DNA of 64,000 nucleotides from an uncultured Candidatus Binatia bacterium (GTDB lineage Bacteria; Desulfobacterota; Binatia; UBA9968; CAXXLF01). The stretch lies in assembly GCA_965215595.1 (NCBI GenBank), contig CBDCDW010000003.1:401680-465679 (forward strand), given 5' to 3'. Position 1 is the stretch's first letter, and each line of letters begins with the position of its first letter. The translations under genes and the position numbers were made by a program. Of this stretch, positions 49,939 through 61,732 are shown piece after piece. Under the pieces are notes generated by a model. It had not been told where the DNA came from and did no database searches. It was given only the letters and a program-made list of their open reading frames with translations.

Positions 49939-50823
49939 ATGGACAAATCATATGCATTATTTCTTCTTATATTCACTCTAGGCGCGATTGTAGTTCGTGC
50001 TTTAGCGTGGATTGTAGTTCTTATAAGTGAAAGGAGCAAAAAAGAAACTGCTGAGGTGAAGCTTAACATTCTGATTCGGTTGTCGAGGGACAATTCCATA
50101 AGGGAAGACGAAGATTTTGCGCAGTGGAATAGTACTTGCACACGAAGCGCGGAATTGTCATGGGAAGCCAAAACCTATTGTGCACTAACTGTTGTGAAGG
50201 ATTTCACTGAGGAAGGTCTTAAAGAAAAGGATTATACTGTTATGAAGTGGTGCCTTGATTTCGTACGGCCTGACAGATTTCACATCACGCAGGAGATGTG
50301 GGACCGCGAGCTTGGAGACCTTTATGATCAATGGGTGACCATCGGATAAGATAATTATCAGAATTTCGGATTATAGACTCACGATGAGGACGGGAAGCAT
50401 GACGGAATCAGCCAGGGACTTTTAGTCAATAAATATTTGGGAATTATTCGAAATCAAAACCCTGAGCGCTACAGCGCACACAGGTATTTAGGGGAGCGTT
50501 TTCTTCTTTTAGAGTACGATCCCCTTGCGTTGCCTGAGGAGCATGCGGGAATCAGTGACCTCTGCAAAGAAGTTCAGCAAAGCAAAGGTGAATTCTATAT
50601 CTGGATTAATGTAGATACAGGCTTTCTTGCGAAGGCTCAAGTTAAAGTTCAAGGTAGGAGCAAAGAAGGAGAACGGGTCGATATGGAGCTAAATTCTGTG
50701 TTTAGCTGCTATAATGAGAAAATAATTGTAGAACCACTTCCTTGGCTCAATGCAGTCTCGGATTCGGGCGGTGACAAAAAGATTGTAAATACCAAGGTAC
50801 CGATCCTACCTCATCATGAATAA
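49939..50823 (+). pseudogene. Membrane-anchored hypothetical protein interrupted by two in-frame stops
   Basis: ORFs 49918-50349 and 50437-50823 share a frame, separated by TAA at 50347 and TAG at 50374. Confidence 0.7.
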
Positions 50824-50897
50824 CGGAAAGTGAATTATGACTAACCGTTTGTCGTTCCGAAACAAAAACTAAATCCGCGCTCATAAACAGGTAGGGA

Positions 50898-52079
50898 ATG
50901 AAAAAGGTTCGCTACTTTCTATCATCGTCCATAATTGTCCTAACTTTTATAGCTGTTGTCGCGTTCTTTGGCATTGTTCCAGGCGTGGTTACAAAACGGA
51001 TGAATCCAGTAGCTTCTCAGCCACCTTATAACGCCTCTGAGCTAGCCACCAAGTTTCATCAGAAGTTGTTCATCGTCGATCTTCATGCCGATTCCCTGCT
51101 CTGGAATCGTGACCTTTTGGACTACGGAATCTATGGCCATGTAGATATTCCGCGCCTGCTGAAAGCCAATGTGGCGCTACAGATTTTCACTGTGGTGACA
51201 AAAGTTCCGCGGGGCCGAAGAATCGACGGTGGTACCTCTAGTGATACCCTCGACCTAATCACGCTGCTGTCACTAAGCCAGCGCTGGCCAGTGTCAACCT
51301 GGACGAGTCTAAGGGAGAGAGCCCTATACCAATCGCGCAGACTACGAGAGACAGCGGGCCGGTCCAACGGGAGGCTGGTACTCGTTAAGTCAAGTAAGGA
51401 TGTCAGACGATTCATGGAGAAACGAAGGGACAATTCAAACATGCTTGGGGGCCTTCTCGGAATTGAGGGTGCACACTCCCTTGAGGGCAAACTGGAAAAC
51501 GTGGATGTCCTATTTGATGCAGGTTTCCGAATGATGGGACTCACACATCATTTTGACAACGAACTGGGTTGCTCAGCTCATGGTAAGCGACGGTGTGGGC
51601 TGTCTCAATTCGGGAAACAGGTCATTCAGCGCATGGAAGAACTTAACATGATAGTTGATCTAGCCCACGGCTCTCATGCTCTTATCGAGGACGTTCTCGA
51701 CCTGGCCACGCGTCCAATTCTAGTTTCCCATTCAGGCGTACGGGGCACGTGCGACAACCAGCGAAATCTGCGCGATGAACAGATTCGCCGTATTGCCCAA
51801 TCTGGAGGCGTCATCGGAATTGGTTACTGGGAAAAGGCTGTTTGTGGCACCGACGCCAGATCCATAACGAAAGCGATGAGGTATACCGCTGACCTTGTTG
51901 GGGTGGACCACGTTGCGCTTGGATCGGACTTTGATGGTGCAGTCCGGGCTGCTTTCGACACCACGGGGATTGTACTAATCACGGAGGCGTTAATGGAACA
52001 AGCTTTTACAGAAATCGAAATCCGTAAGATCATGGGTGAAAATGTGCTTAGGGTTCTGAAAGAGTCGTTACCCAATTGA
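50898..52079 (+). CDS. Membrane dipeptidase (peptidase M19)
   Basis: DLHAD, GIEGAH, DLAH, SHSG and LGSDFDG motifs. Confidence 0.92.
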   Translation: MKKVRYFLSSSIIVLTFIAVVAFFGIVPGVVTKRMNPVASQPPYNASELATKFHQKLFIVDLHADSLLWNRDLLDYGIYGHVDIPRLLKANVALQIFTVVTKVPRGRRIDGGTSSDTLDLITLLSLSQRWPVSTWTSLRERALYQSRRLRETAGRSNGRLVLVKSSKDVRRFMEKRRDNSNMLGGLLGIEGAHSLEGKLENVDVLFDAGFRMMGLTHHFDNELGCSAHGKRRCGLSQFGKQVIQRMEELNMIVDLAHGSHALIEDVLDLATRPILVSHSGVRGTCDNQRNLRDEQIRRIAQSGGVIGIGYWEKAVCGTDARSITKAMRYTADLVGVDHVALGSDFDGAVRAAFDTTGIVLITEALMEQAFTEIEIRKIMGENVLRVLKESLPN

Positions 52080-52083
52080 GGCC

Positions 52084-52117
52084 AGGACGCAATTCATTAG
52101 CTCATTAATTGAGTCTT
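52084..52117 (+). repeat. 34-bp palindromic site 4 (core TAGCTC)
   Basis: AGGACGCAATTCAT-TAGCTC-ATTAATTGAGTCTT, starting 4 bp after a stop codon. Confidence 0.88.
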
Positions 52118-52121
52118 ACGT

Positions 52122-52155
52122 GAAACGTAATTAATGCGTCGTTGAATTGCGTCTT
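52122..52155 (+). repeat. 34-bp palindromic site 5 (core GCGTCG), tandem with site 4
   Basis: GAAACGTAATTAAT-GCGTCG-TTGAATTGCGTCTT. Confidence 0.88.
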
Positions 52156-52160
52156 GGAAC

Positions 52161-52205
52161 AATTGACAACCCTTTCCCCTGTGATATTGGTCTCTGAGTC
52201 AAGCC
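52161..52205 (+). repeat. Promoter-like flank repeat (also 47734-47779 and 54939-54975)
   Basis: ATTGACA(A/G)CC(C/T)TTT..CC.G(T/C)GATATTGGT shared by three loci. Confidence 0.8.
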
Positions 52206-52292
52206 CCATTAGTCAAGAGCCTCCCCCATCATTGATCAGGCTTCCGAAGCATTGTGAGGCCTCACAGAGAGATAGAGATTTGGAGGTCAGGT

Positions 52293-52733
52293 ATGTCTAC
52301 AAAAGTCCTTTTTGTATGTTTTGCAAATATGGAAAGAAGCCAGGTAGCCCGTGCGTGTTTTGATCAGCTCTCGCAGCATGACTCGGATAGTGCTGGCATT
52401 GGGGTGGACGAGAATATAGCAAGGCGGAATCCTCTGAGCAGGAAACTCAAAGACAACGGCACGGACGGAAGGCAAGTTGAGTACATCAGGAAGGCGTTTG
52501 GAGTGGATATCTCCGATAGGGAAAGGCAGCAACTGTCCCCTGAAATGGTCCATGCAGCCGACCTGGTCATTCTCATCGTGGAGAAGGACAAATGGCCTGA
52601 TTACCTTCAGGAGGGAGGATAAATAGTTTTCTGGGACATTCCAGATGCGTATAGACAAGATGATGGTTTCGCCGCCGACGTGTTTAGACAGGTACACAAT
52701 CGTGTTGAACATTTGGTCAAAGAGATAGGCTGA
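52293..52733 (+). pseudogene. LMW protein-tyrosine phosphatase / ArsC-like gene with an internal stop
   Basis: VLFVCFANMERSQ P-loop; TAA at 52620 followed in frame by IVFWDIPDAY...LVKEIG. Confidence 0.85.
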
Positions 52734-52765
52734 ACTGATAAAATTGATTAAACAGCCTATCTGCC

Positions 52766-52799
52766 CAGACTCAATTAAAGCGTCGTTTAATTGCATCCT
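52766..52799 (+). repeat. 34-bp palindromic site 6 (core GCGTCG)
   Basis: CAGACTCAATTAAA-GCGTCG-TTTAATTGCATCCT. Confidence 0.9.
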
Positions 52800-52946
52800 G
52801 CGTGAAATGATGCTTCTCGGGACTAAATAACTCTGCTGTTTAGCCTTATTGACATGGCATTTGGACTTTGATACGCGGGTAAGTTAAGAACTAAGAGATA
52901 GCCTCCCCCAGCCTTCAGTCTAAATTAAAGTGTTGGGAGGGAACAT

Positions 52947-53327
52947 ATGCCAGATAATTCCGAAGCGACACCGAGGTTGGGGTGGTTGGCGGGGACAGGT
53001 ACCATTCTGTCGATTGTTGCTTGCTACGGCACACTTGCGACAGTCGGATTGTTGTCGTTGCTGGGCGTCACCTTGGTCATCAACTCAACCGTGTGGGCGA
53101 GTACAATCAGCCTCTTTGCACTACTGGCTGTCGTGGGTGTGTTGGTGAGCTATCGTCGCCACCACATGGTGGCTCCACCAGTCATCGCCATAATTGGGGC
53201 AGCTTTAATTATTTGGGCGATGTTTGTCTCCTTCAACCGTGTCATTGAACTGACAGGATTTGCAGGACTACTGGTAGCGGCAATCTGGGACTGGCGTGCG
53301 AAGAAATGCGAGATTACTACAAGATAA
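52947..53327 (+). CDS. MerC-like four-helix membrane protein
   Basis: Four hydrophobic segments, Cys in TM1 (SIVACYG), SYRRHH loop; GGAGG RBS. Confidence 0.65.
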   Translation: MPDNSEATPRLGWLAGTGTILSIVACYGTLATVGLLSLLGVTLVINSTVWASTISLFALLAVVGVLVSYRRHHMVAPPVIAIIGAALIIWAMFVSFNRVIELTGFAGLLVAAIWDWRAKKCEITTR

Positions 53328-53380
53328 AGGACGAAATAACCACCAAAAGCATCGGTTGCTTCGTTAATTGAGTTCTCCAC

Positions 53381-53414
53381 CAAACGCAATGAATGCGTCG
53401 TTTAATTGCGTCCT
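53381..53414 (+). repeat. 34-bp palindromic site 7 (core GCGTCG), preceded by a half-site at 53363-53376
   Basis: GTTAATTGAGTTCT-N4-CAAACGCAATGAAT-GCGTCG-TTTAATTGCGTCCT. Confidence 0.88.
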
Positions 53415-53509
53415 GTATCTTCTGGTGGGTATATACCCTAGCCTGTGTATTCGCCTTATTCTTCATCTACGGGATGAATGGTCCTGAAATGACGTTCCTA
53501 TTGGCTTGC

Positions 53510-54091
53510 CTACTTCCCTTGTGGCGGGTCAACTTCAAGATGCCTGACATCGTTGAGCGACACGATGGACCAGCGGTCATCGTTCCAGACCAATTCGTTG
53601 AAGGCGATCCGCTTCCCTTCGTACACACGCTTGTCGGTGGTTTGCTCGATCACGTAGTCGAGGAACATGTGCGTCGCGCCACTATGTGAAACAACAAACA
53701 CGCGGCCACCAGGGTTCCCTTTGGTGATCTCGCCCATCACTTCGATCATCCGTGCTTGCACGTCGTTCCATGTCTCGAAGGCCCGCGGATACGGCAATAG
53801 CGGAAATTCGCTATTGTTGACCACCCTCCGGAAGCGTTTCTCACGTAACCTCATGTCTGTTTGAATACTCAGACCCTTTGCAGCGGCCAAAGGTTCGGCG
53901 GTTTCGATTGCTCTTCGGAGATCACTAGTGTAAATGGCCGTGATCTGCTCATCAGCCAAACGATTACACAGTGCCAGGGACATCTGCTGCCCATTCTCGT
54001 TAAGCGGCGTATCTATGTGTCCTTGGGCCCTGCCCTCAACGTTCCATTGCGTCTGACCGTGCGTTGTTAGGATAATTGAGCAAACAGGCAT
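53510..54091 (-). CDS. Histidine phosphatase (phosphoglycerate mutase) family protein
   Basis: THGQT.WN (RHG variant), SDLRRAIETA, LRE and VVSHSG motifs. Confidence 0.88.
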   Translation of the reverse strand: MPVCSIILTTHGQTQWNVEGRAQGHIDTPLNENGQQMSLALCNRLADEQITAIYTSDLRRAIETAEPLAAAKGLSIQTDMRLREKRFRRVVNNSEFPLLPYPRAFETWNDVQARMIEVMGEITKGNPGGRVFVVSHSGATHMFLDYVIEQTTDKRVYEGKRIAFNELVWNDDRWSIVSLNDVRHLEVDPPQGK

Positions 54092-54301
54092 GGGGTCTAA
54101 CTATTAAATGAGCTACGACGAGGATGCCAATTCTCGCGGCCTATCCTACAATGGGAAGCAGCCGATCGGAGCGTATCCGACAACGTGCAATTATGTCAAC
54201 TTGGAGTGAGCTGCTGCCATATGATCTCCAAGAAGCAGCTAAATGGCTTCTATGACAGCGGCAGTCAATACCAGGCCGCGGTTTTCATTGCCAGTGGCTG
54301 T

Positions 54302-54335
54302 AGGACTCAATTAATGCGTCGTTTAATTGCGTCTT
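54302..54335 (+). repeat. 34-bp palindromic site 8 (core GCGTCG)
   Basis: AGGACTCAATTAAT-GCGTCG-TTTAATTGCGTCTT. Confidence 0.92.
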
Positions 54336-54521
54336 GAGGTGGAATAGTTCTCTTCGTGCTCAGAAAAAGCCTCCCGCCTAGTTCCTTTGACACCCTGCCT
54401 ATCCTAATGTCTAGCCACTTAGGCACTAGACCCGGCTAGGCCGTTCTGTGCTCCCAGCATAAACCTAATTTTCCTATTCTATCTTAAGTAGTTAGCTGGA
54501 ATCTCGTATCCAGCAACCTTT

Positions 54522-54538
54522 TTGGCATATCCGTTGCT
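54522..54538 (+). promoter_or_regulatory. Sigma-54 (-24/-12) promoter
   Basis: TTGGCATATCCGTTGCT matches TGGCA-N6-TTGCW, 35 bp before the ATG at 54574. Confidence 0.7.
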
Positions 54539-54573
54539 CTACTTAGAGCTAAAGAAGAAAGGAGGGTCAGATA

Positions 54574-54912
54574 ATGAAAATTGGTCATCCGTCTAAGTTG
54601 AGAGTTCTAATGATAGCCCTGATCTTCGGGTCGGTGATGGTACTAGGACAAACCCAGCGAGCTGATGCCTACGCCGGGGGTGGTGAGGCAGGTTTGTTAA
54701 TGCTCTATGTACTATTTCTCTCCACAGCCAGTGTGGTTTGCGCCCCCGTGGCGGCTGTATCAAGCGCTGCATCGGACAAAGAGTTCGACGAGGCGTATGG
54801 GAACTGCTTCTTGCCTGTGTTGTGGTTGGGCGAACCCATCCCGGCGGAAGACGATGAGGATCTTCCTGAACCAACACCAACTCTCGTGGATGAGTATGAG
54901 GACGAAGAATAG
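54574..54912 (+). CDS. Small exported or membrane hypothetical protein with an acidic tail
   Basis: AGGAGG RBS, signal peptide and one further hydrophobic segment. Confidence 0.65.
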   Translation: MKIGHPSKLRVLMIALIFGSVMVLGQTQRADAYAGGGEAGLLMLYVLFLSTASVVCAPVAAVSSAASDKEFDEAYGNCFLPVLWLGEPIPAEDDEDLPEPTPTLVDEYEDEE

Positions 54913-55084
54913 TGTGGGCCGCCGTTTTCCATTTCAGGAATTGACAACCCTTTTTCCCGTGATATTGGTGCCTTGAAAGGATCTTCCCCTAGAATTGATT
55001 AGTATTCCCAGTAAAGTGACGCTAACGGAGGGACCCAAAGCGTTCCTGATAGAGATGTGCTGGATTCTAAAGAGGAGACCTTGA

Positions 55085-56441
55085 ATGAAAAAATATTACA
55101 CCAATTGCACGGTGTTTATCGCTGCCTTGATTTTGACCGGATGTGCGACTTTTGAACCTGGCTTACGTTACCAGGATCTGACCAGGCCGCGCCAGCCCGA
55201 TGTGAAAAGCGTGCAGGATGGTTTGGAGGTCTCGGTTGAAGAGTTTGCCTCCGAGAGCAAGGCCAAAATGGCCTTCGATGCTGATGTTGCCTCCTATGGC
55301 ATCCTGCCACTGCTGGTTCGTGTGGACAACTCTGGGTCTCAGAATTATACGGTGCTTAGGAGTGACATCAAAGTCTATCTGGGGGGTCAACTGCTATCGC
55401 CCATCATGAGTAACGAGGCTGCTAAAGAAGCGGGCACAAGAGAATATGCTGGAAAGGCGCTCGGCTGGACTGTGGCAACGGGACCGTTTTTTATTTTCTT
55501 ATGGCCTGCCACGATTGCTGGATCTGCTGCCCATACTCAGTCGGTCAACAAGAGGATAGTGCAACATTTTGAAAACCTTGCCTTCAATGATGCACGTCTG
55601 AAGCCAAAAGCAGACGGCCGCAGGGTTTGTTTACTTTAAGCTTCCGGAAGGAGTGGAAAAACTGAAGAACCTGACTGTGGAAGTTCAACCATCTGAGGAC
55701 AAAACCGGAAAGCGACTAACGTATAAACTTAATGTAAAGGGTTTATCTGTAGAGACTGGCGCAGCGGGCGCGGGAACAGCTACGACAGCCCAAACCCCAG
55801 AGGCGGCCATTGCCCCCAAAGTCGAACAAGGAAGCGGTCAGCCATCTCAAAAACTGGAGACTGCTTATGCCATCACACCGCCTGATTATAAAGTTGATTG
55901 GTCTTTGGTCAAAGAGCCTGTTTACAAAGATGGAGATTGGTGGAAGGTGAAGATGGAGAGCAAAGGCGTAGTCGGAGGGAGGTGCCGTTATGACTACTCT
56001 GATTACCTCCTGGAAATACAGGAAGGTAAGCCAAAGCTATATGGCATTGATGGCACGAACAAAGAAGAATTCGATTGCCCTGAGGTAGAGAACGAGATTC
56101 TGGGTAAGATAAAAAGGAAACTTAAATTTCCATTACACGTAGGTAATCGTTGGGCTCATCGTTACCTTTGGGAAGGACGATTTAGAGAGCGTTGGGTAAC
56201 AGTAGAATACAAAGTTCTGGGGCGGCAAAAGGTACAGACTCCAAAGGGGGAGTTTGAAGCATTTAAGTTAAGTAGTCGCGCGGTATGGCGGACCTCATCT
56301 GCCTACCATGAGCGTACAGAAAACTACTATTATTGCCCAAAGGTCAAAGCGATTATCCTGCACAAATTTATCTGGCTGGAAACAGAACAGTATAGGGCTG
56401 ACTCAACCGTCACTGTTGTGGACTTCAATGTGAGCCATTAA
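55085..56441 (+). pseudogene. Lipoprotein gene split by a 1-bp frameshift near 55610
   Basis: Lipobox LTGC; removing one base at CCAAAAG gives LKPKQTAAGFVYFKLPEG, in frame with ORF 55653-56441. Confidence 0.75.
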
Positions 56442-56471
56442 ACTCCCGTTAGTCGCAGGGCGAACGATTTC

Positions 56472-56504
56472 AGAGACGGCGTTCTACACCAGGTCGCCGT
56501 TTTC
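56472..56504 (+). terminator. Hairpin downstream of the lipoprotein gene
   Basis: AGAGACGGCG ... CGCCGTTTTCT followed by T-rich bases. Confidence 0.4.
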
Positions 56505-56531
56505 TTTCTAGTAAACTGTGCGTAACCGGCC

Positions 56532-56565
56532 AAGACGCATTTAAATAGCTCATTAATTGCGTCCT
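56532..56565 (+). repeat. 34-bp palindromic site 9 (core TAGCTC)
   Basis: AAGACGCATTTAAA-TAGCTC-ATTAATTGCGTCCT. Confidence 0.88.
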
Positions 56566-56954
56566 GGCGGTCCAACGCTGAGAAAACCCACGCCCAGAGA
56601 GGCTTTGGAGGCAATAAGGAATGGCAAATTTCACATCTATCCCACCCGGGTTTAAACGTCTTAAATAACTACGCACGAAATATGCATGAACCAATGCGAA
56701 GATGGGCAATCTAAGTCCAAATTGGGAAACCTCGGGCGTTCCATTTCACGCTTTGTACCAGTAATTTCGTTGATTAAATTAGTCTTTTCCTCCGGTTTCC
56801 ACCTGCATGACATGGCCCACGTACAAGTGATAAGAGTAGCAATATTTTTGCCAGGGAGGTTTCCTATGATTGGGCGGTTTTTAATTATTTTCGGTCAGTT
56901 CCTTATAAGTAAGGATGAACAATCGTTGGAGTGGCAAGATATCTTGCCTATGGA

Positions 56955-60644
<3,690 letters not shown>

Positions 60645-60849
60645 TACAGCCCGTTTGACTGCGAATCCAGACTATTCTAGCATAATCTCCACAGATCACT
60701 AGCGGAAGCCGGAGGCCGGTCCGAAATCCACCGGTTGCCAGGAATGGACCGGGTTCCTCAGGAATAAATCCCTTGAAACTTCAGTGCGTATGGCGTTAGA
60801 TTGTTAACTTGATTGGTATGAATCCATTGAATCTATAGGAGGTTTAGCC

Positions 60850-61431
60850 ATGTCAGAGTCCGGTACCTATACCATTGAACGTTTTATTGAGGATGTGAAA
60901 AAGGTTTTTGCCGGCACCGAGGATCCGCGCGCGCAAGCAGGTGCCATCTCGAAGCACATGGAGAGTCTTCTGGTTTCGCCGAGCCTTCCCGACGAAATAC
61001 AAAAGAGGGCCGCAGGTCGCACGGGACGAATTGACCTCCATGTGGATCCGGAGCACGGCCACCCAGGTCCAGGTTTTTGCCTGATGACCTCAATCCCCGA
61101 TCCCAATGCACAGAGCGGTTCCCGCGAACGGTATCCCCATGACCATGGCGCCTCTTTTGTGGTCTATGGCGTGTTTAAGGGTGCTACTCAACAGGTGAAG
61201 TTCCGCTGGACTTGTCCGGAAAATGGAGATCGGAAAACACCGGAGCTGAAGGAATACGACCGCTTTACCCAGGATACAGGTCAAGCAGCCTTCTTCCTTC
61301 CGGGCGAGATCCACATGACGGGCTCTGCAGGCGACGGGCCAAGTAAGATCATTCGGCTTGAAGCACAGAAACTCGACCGGGTGAAAAGACACACCTATAA
61401 ATCGAAAGGCACGAATGTGGTCTTGATGTAG
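60850..61431 (+). CDS. Cupin protein, cysteine dioxygenase-like
   Basis: PHDHG...PGEIH three-His pattern; AGGAGG RBS. Confidence 0.7.
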   Translation: MSESGTYTIERFIEDVKKVFAGTEDPRAQAGAISKHMESLLVSPSLPDEIQKRAAGRTGRIDLHVDPEHGHPGPGFCLMTSIPDPNAQSGSRERYPHDHGASFVVYGVFKGATQQVKFRWTCPENGDRKTPELKEYDRFTQDTGQAAFFLPGEIHMTGSAGDGPSKIIRLEAQKLDRVKRHTYKSKGTNVVLM

Positions 61432-61732
61432 CTGCAATAACTAAGATTGGGAAGATTTGAACGGGCTTAATGTTGCAATTATGAATCCGAAACTAGGAGA
61501 TCTAGAATCTCTCGAAACTTAACGTCGGTTGTCATTGAACCAAAATTGAAATTCTGTTCGATGCGTAGCGATTCGTCCTCTACGTCCAGGATCTTTCCCT
61601 CCCGTTCGATGCCGTCTTTCATCATAATCTTGACCCATCTACCCGTATAGGATTTAACCGCCTCCACGTCGATTCTGCTAAAAGTAATTTTCTTTGGTGT
61701 GCTTTTTGTTGGAAGTTGGCGTTGAGGCCTCT

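Noticed and set aside
52620-52622. Selenocysteine or pyrrolysine readthrough in the ArsC-like gene
   Set aside because: The stop is TAA at a non-catalytic position, so a nonsense mutation or sequencing error is more likely
45467-56565. CRISPR array interpretation of the 34-bp repeats
   Set aside because: Spacing ranges from 4 bp to over 2 kb, with whole genes between copies, and there are no cas genes
45467-56565. Classical integron attC array or canonical dif sites
   Set aside because: The repeats lack RYYYAAC/GTTRRRY ends and the XerD arm TTATGTTAAAT, and no intI is present. A REP interpretation remains possible, but only one copy has a GTAG foot.
60700-60775. SAM-type riboswitch upstream of metH
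   Set aside because: There is a CCGGTCC/GGACCGG hairpin and GGCAACC on the minus strand, but the other SAM-I and SAH core elements are missing
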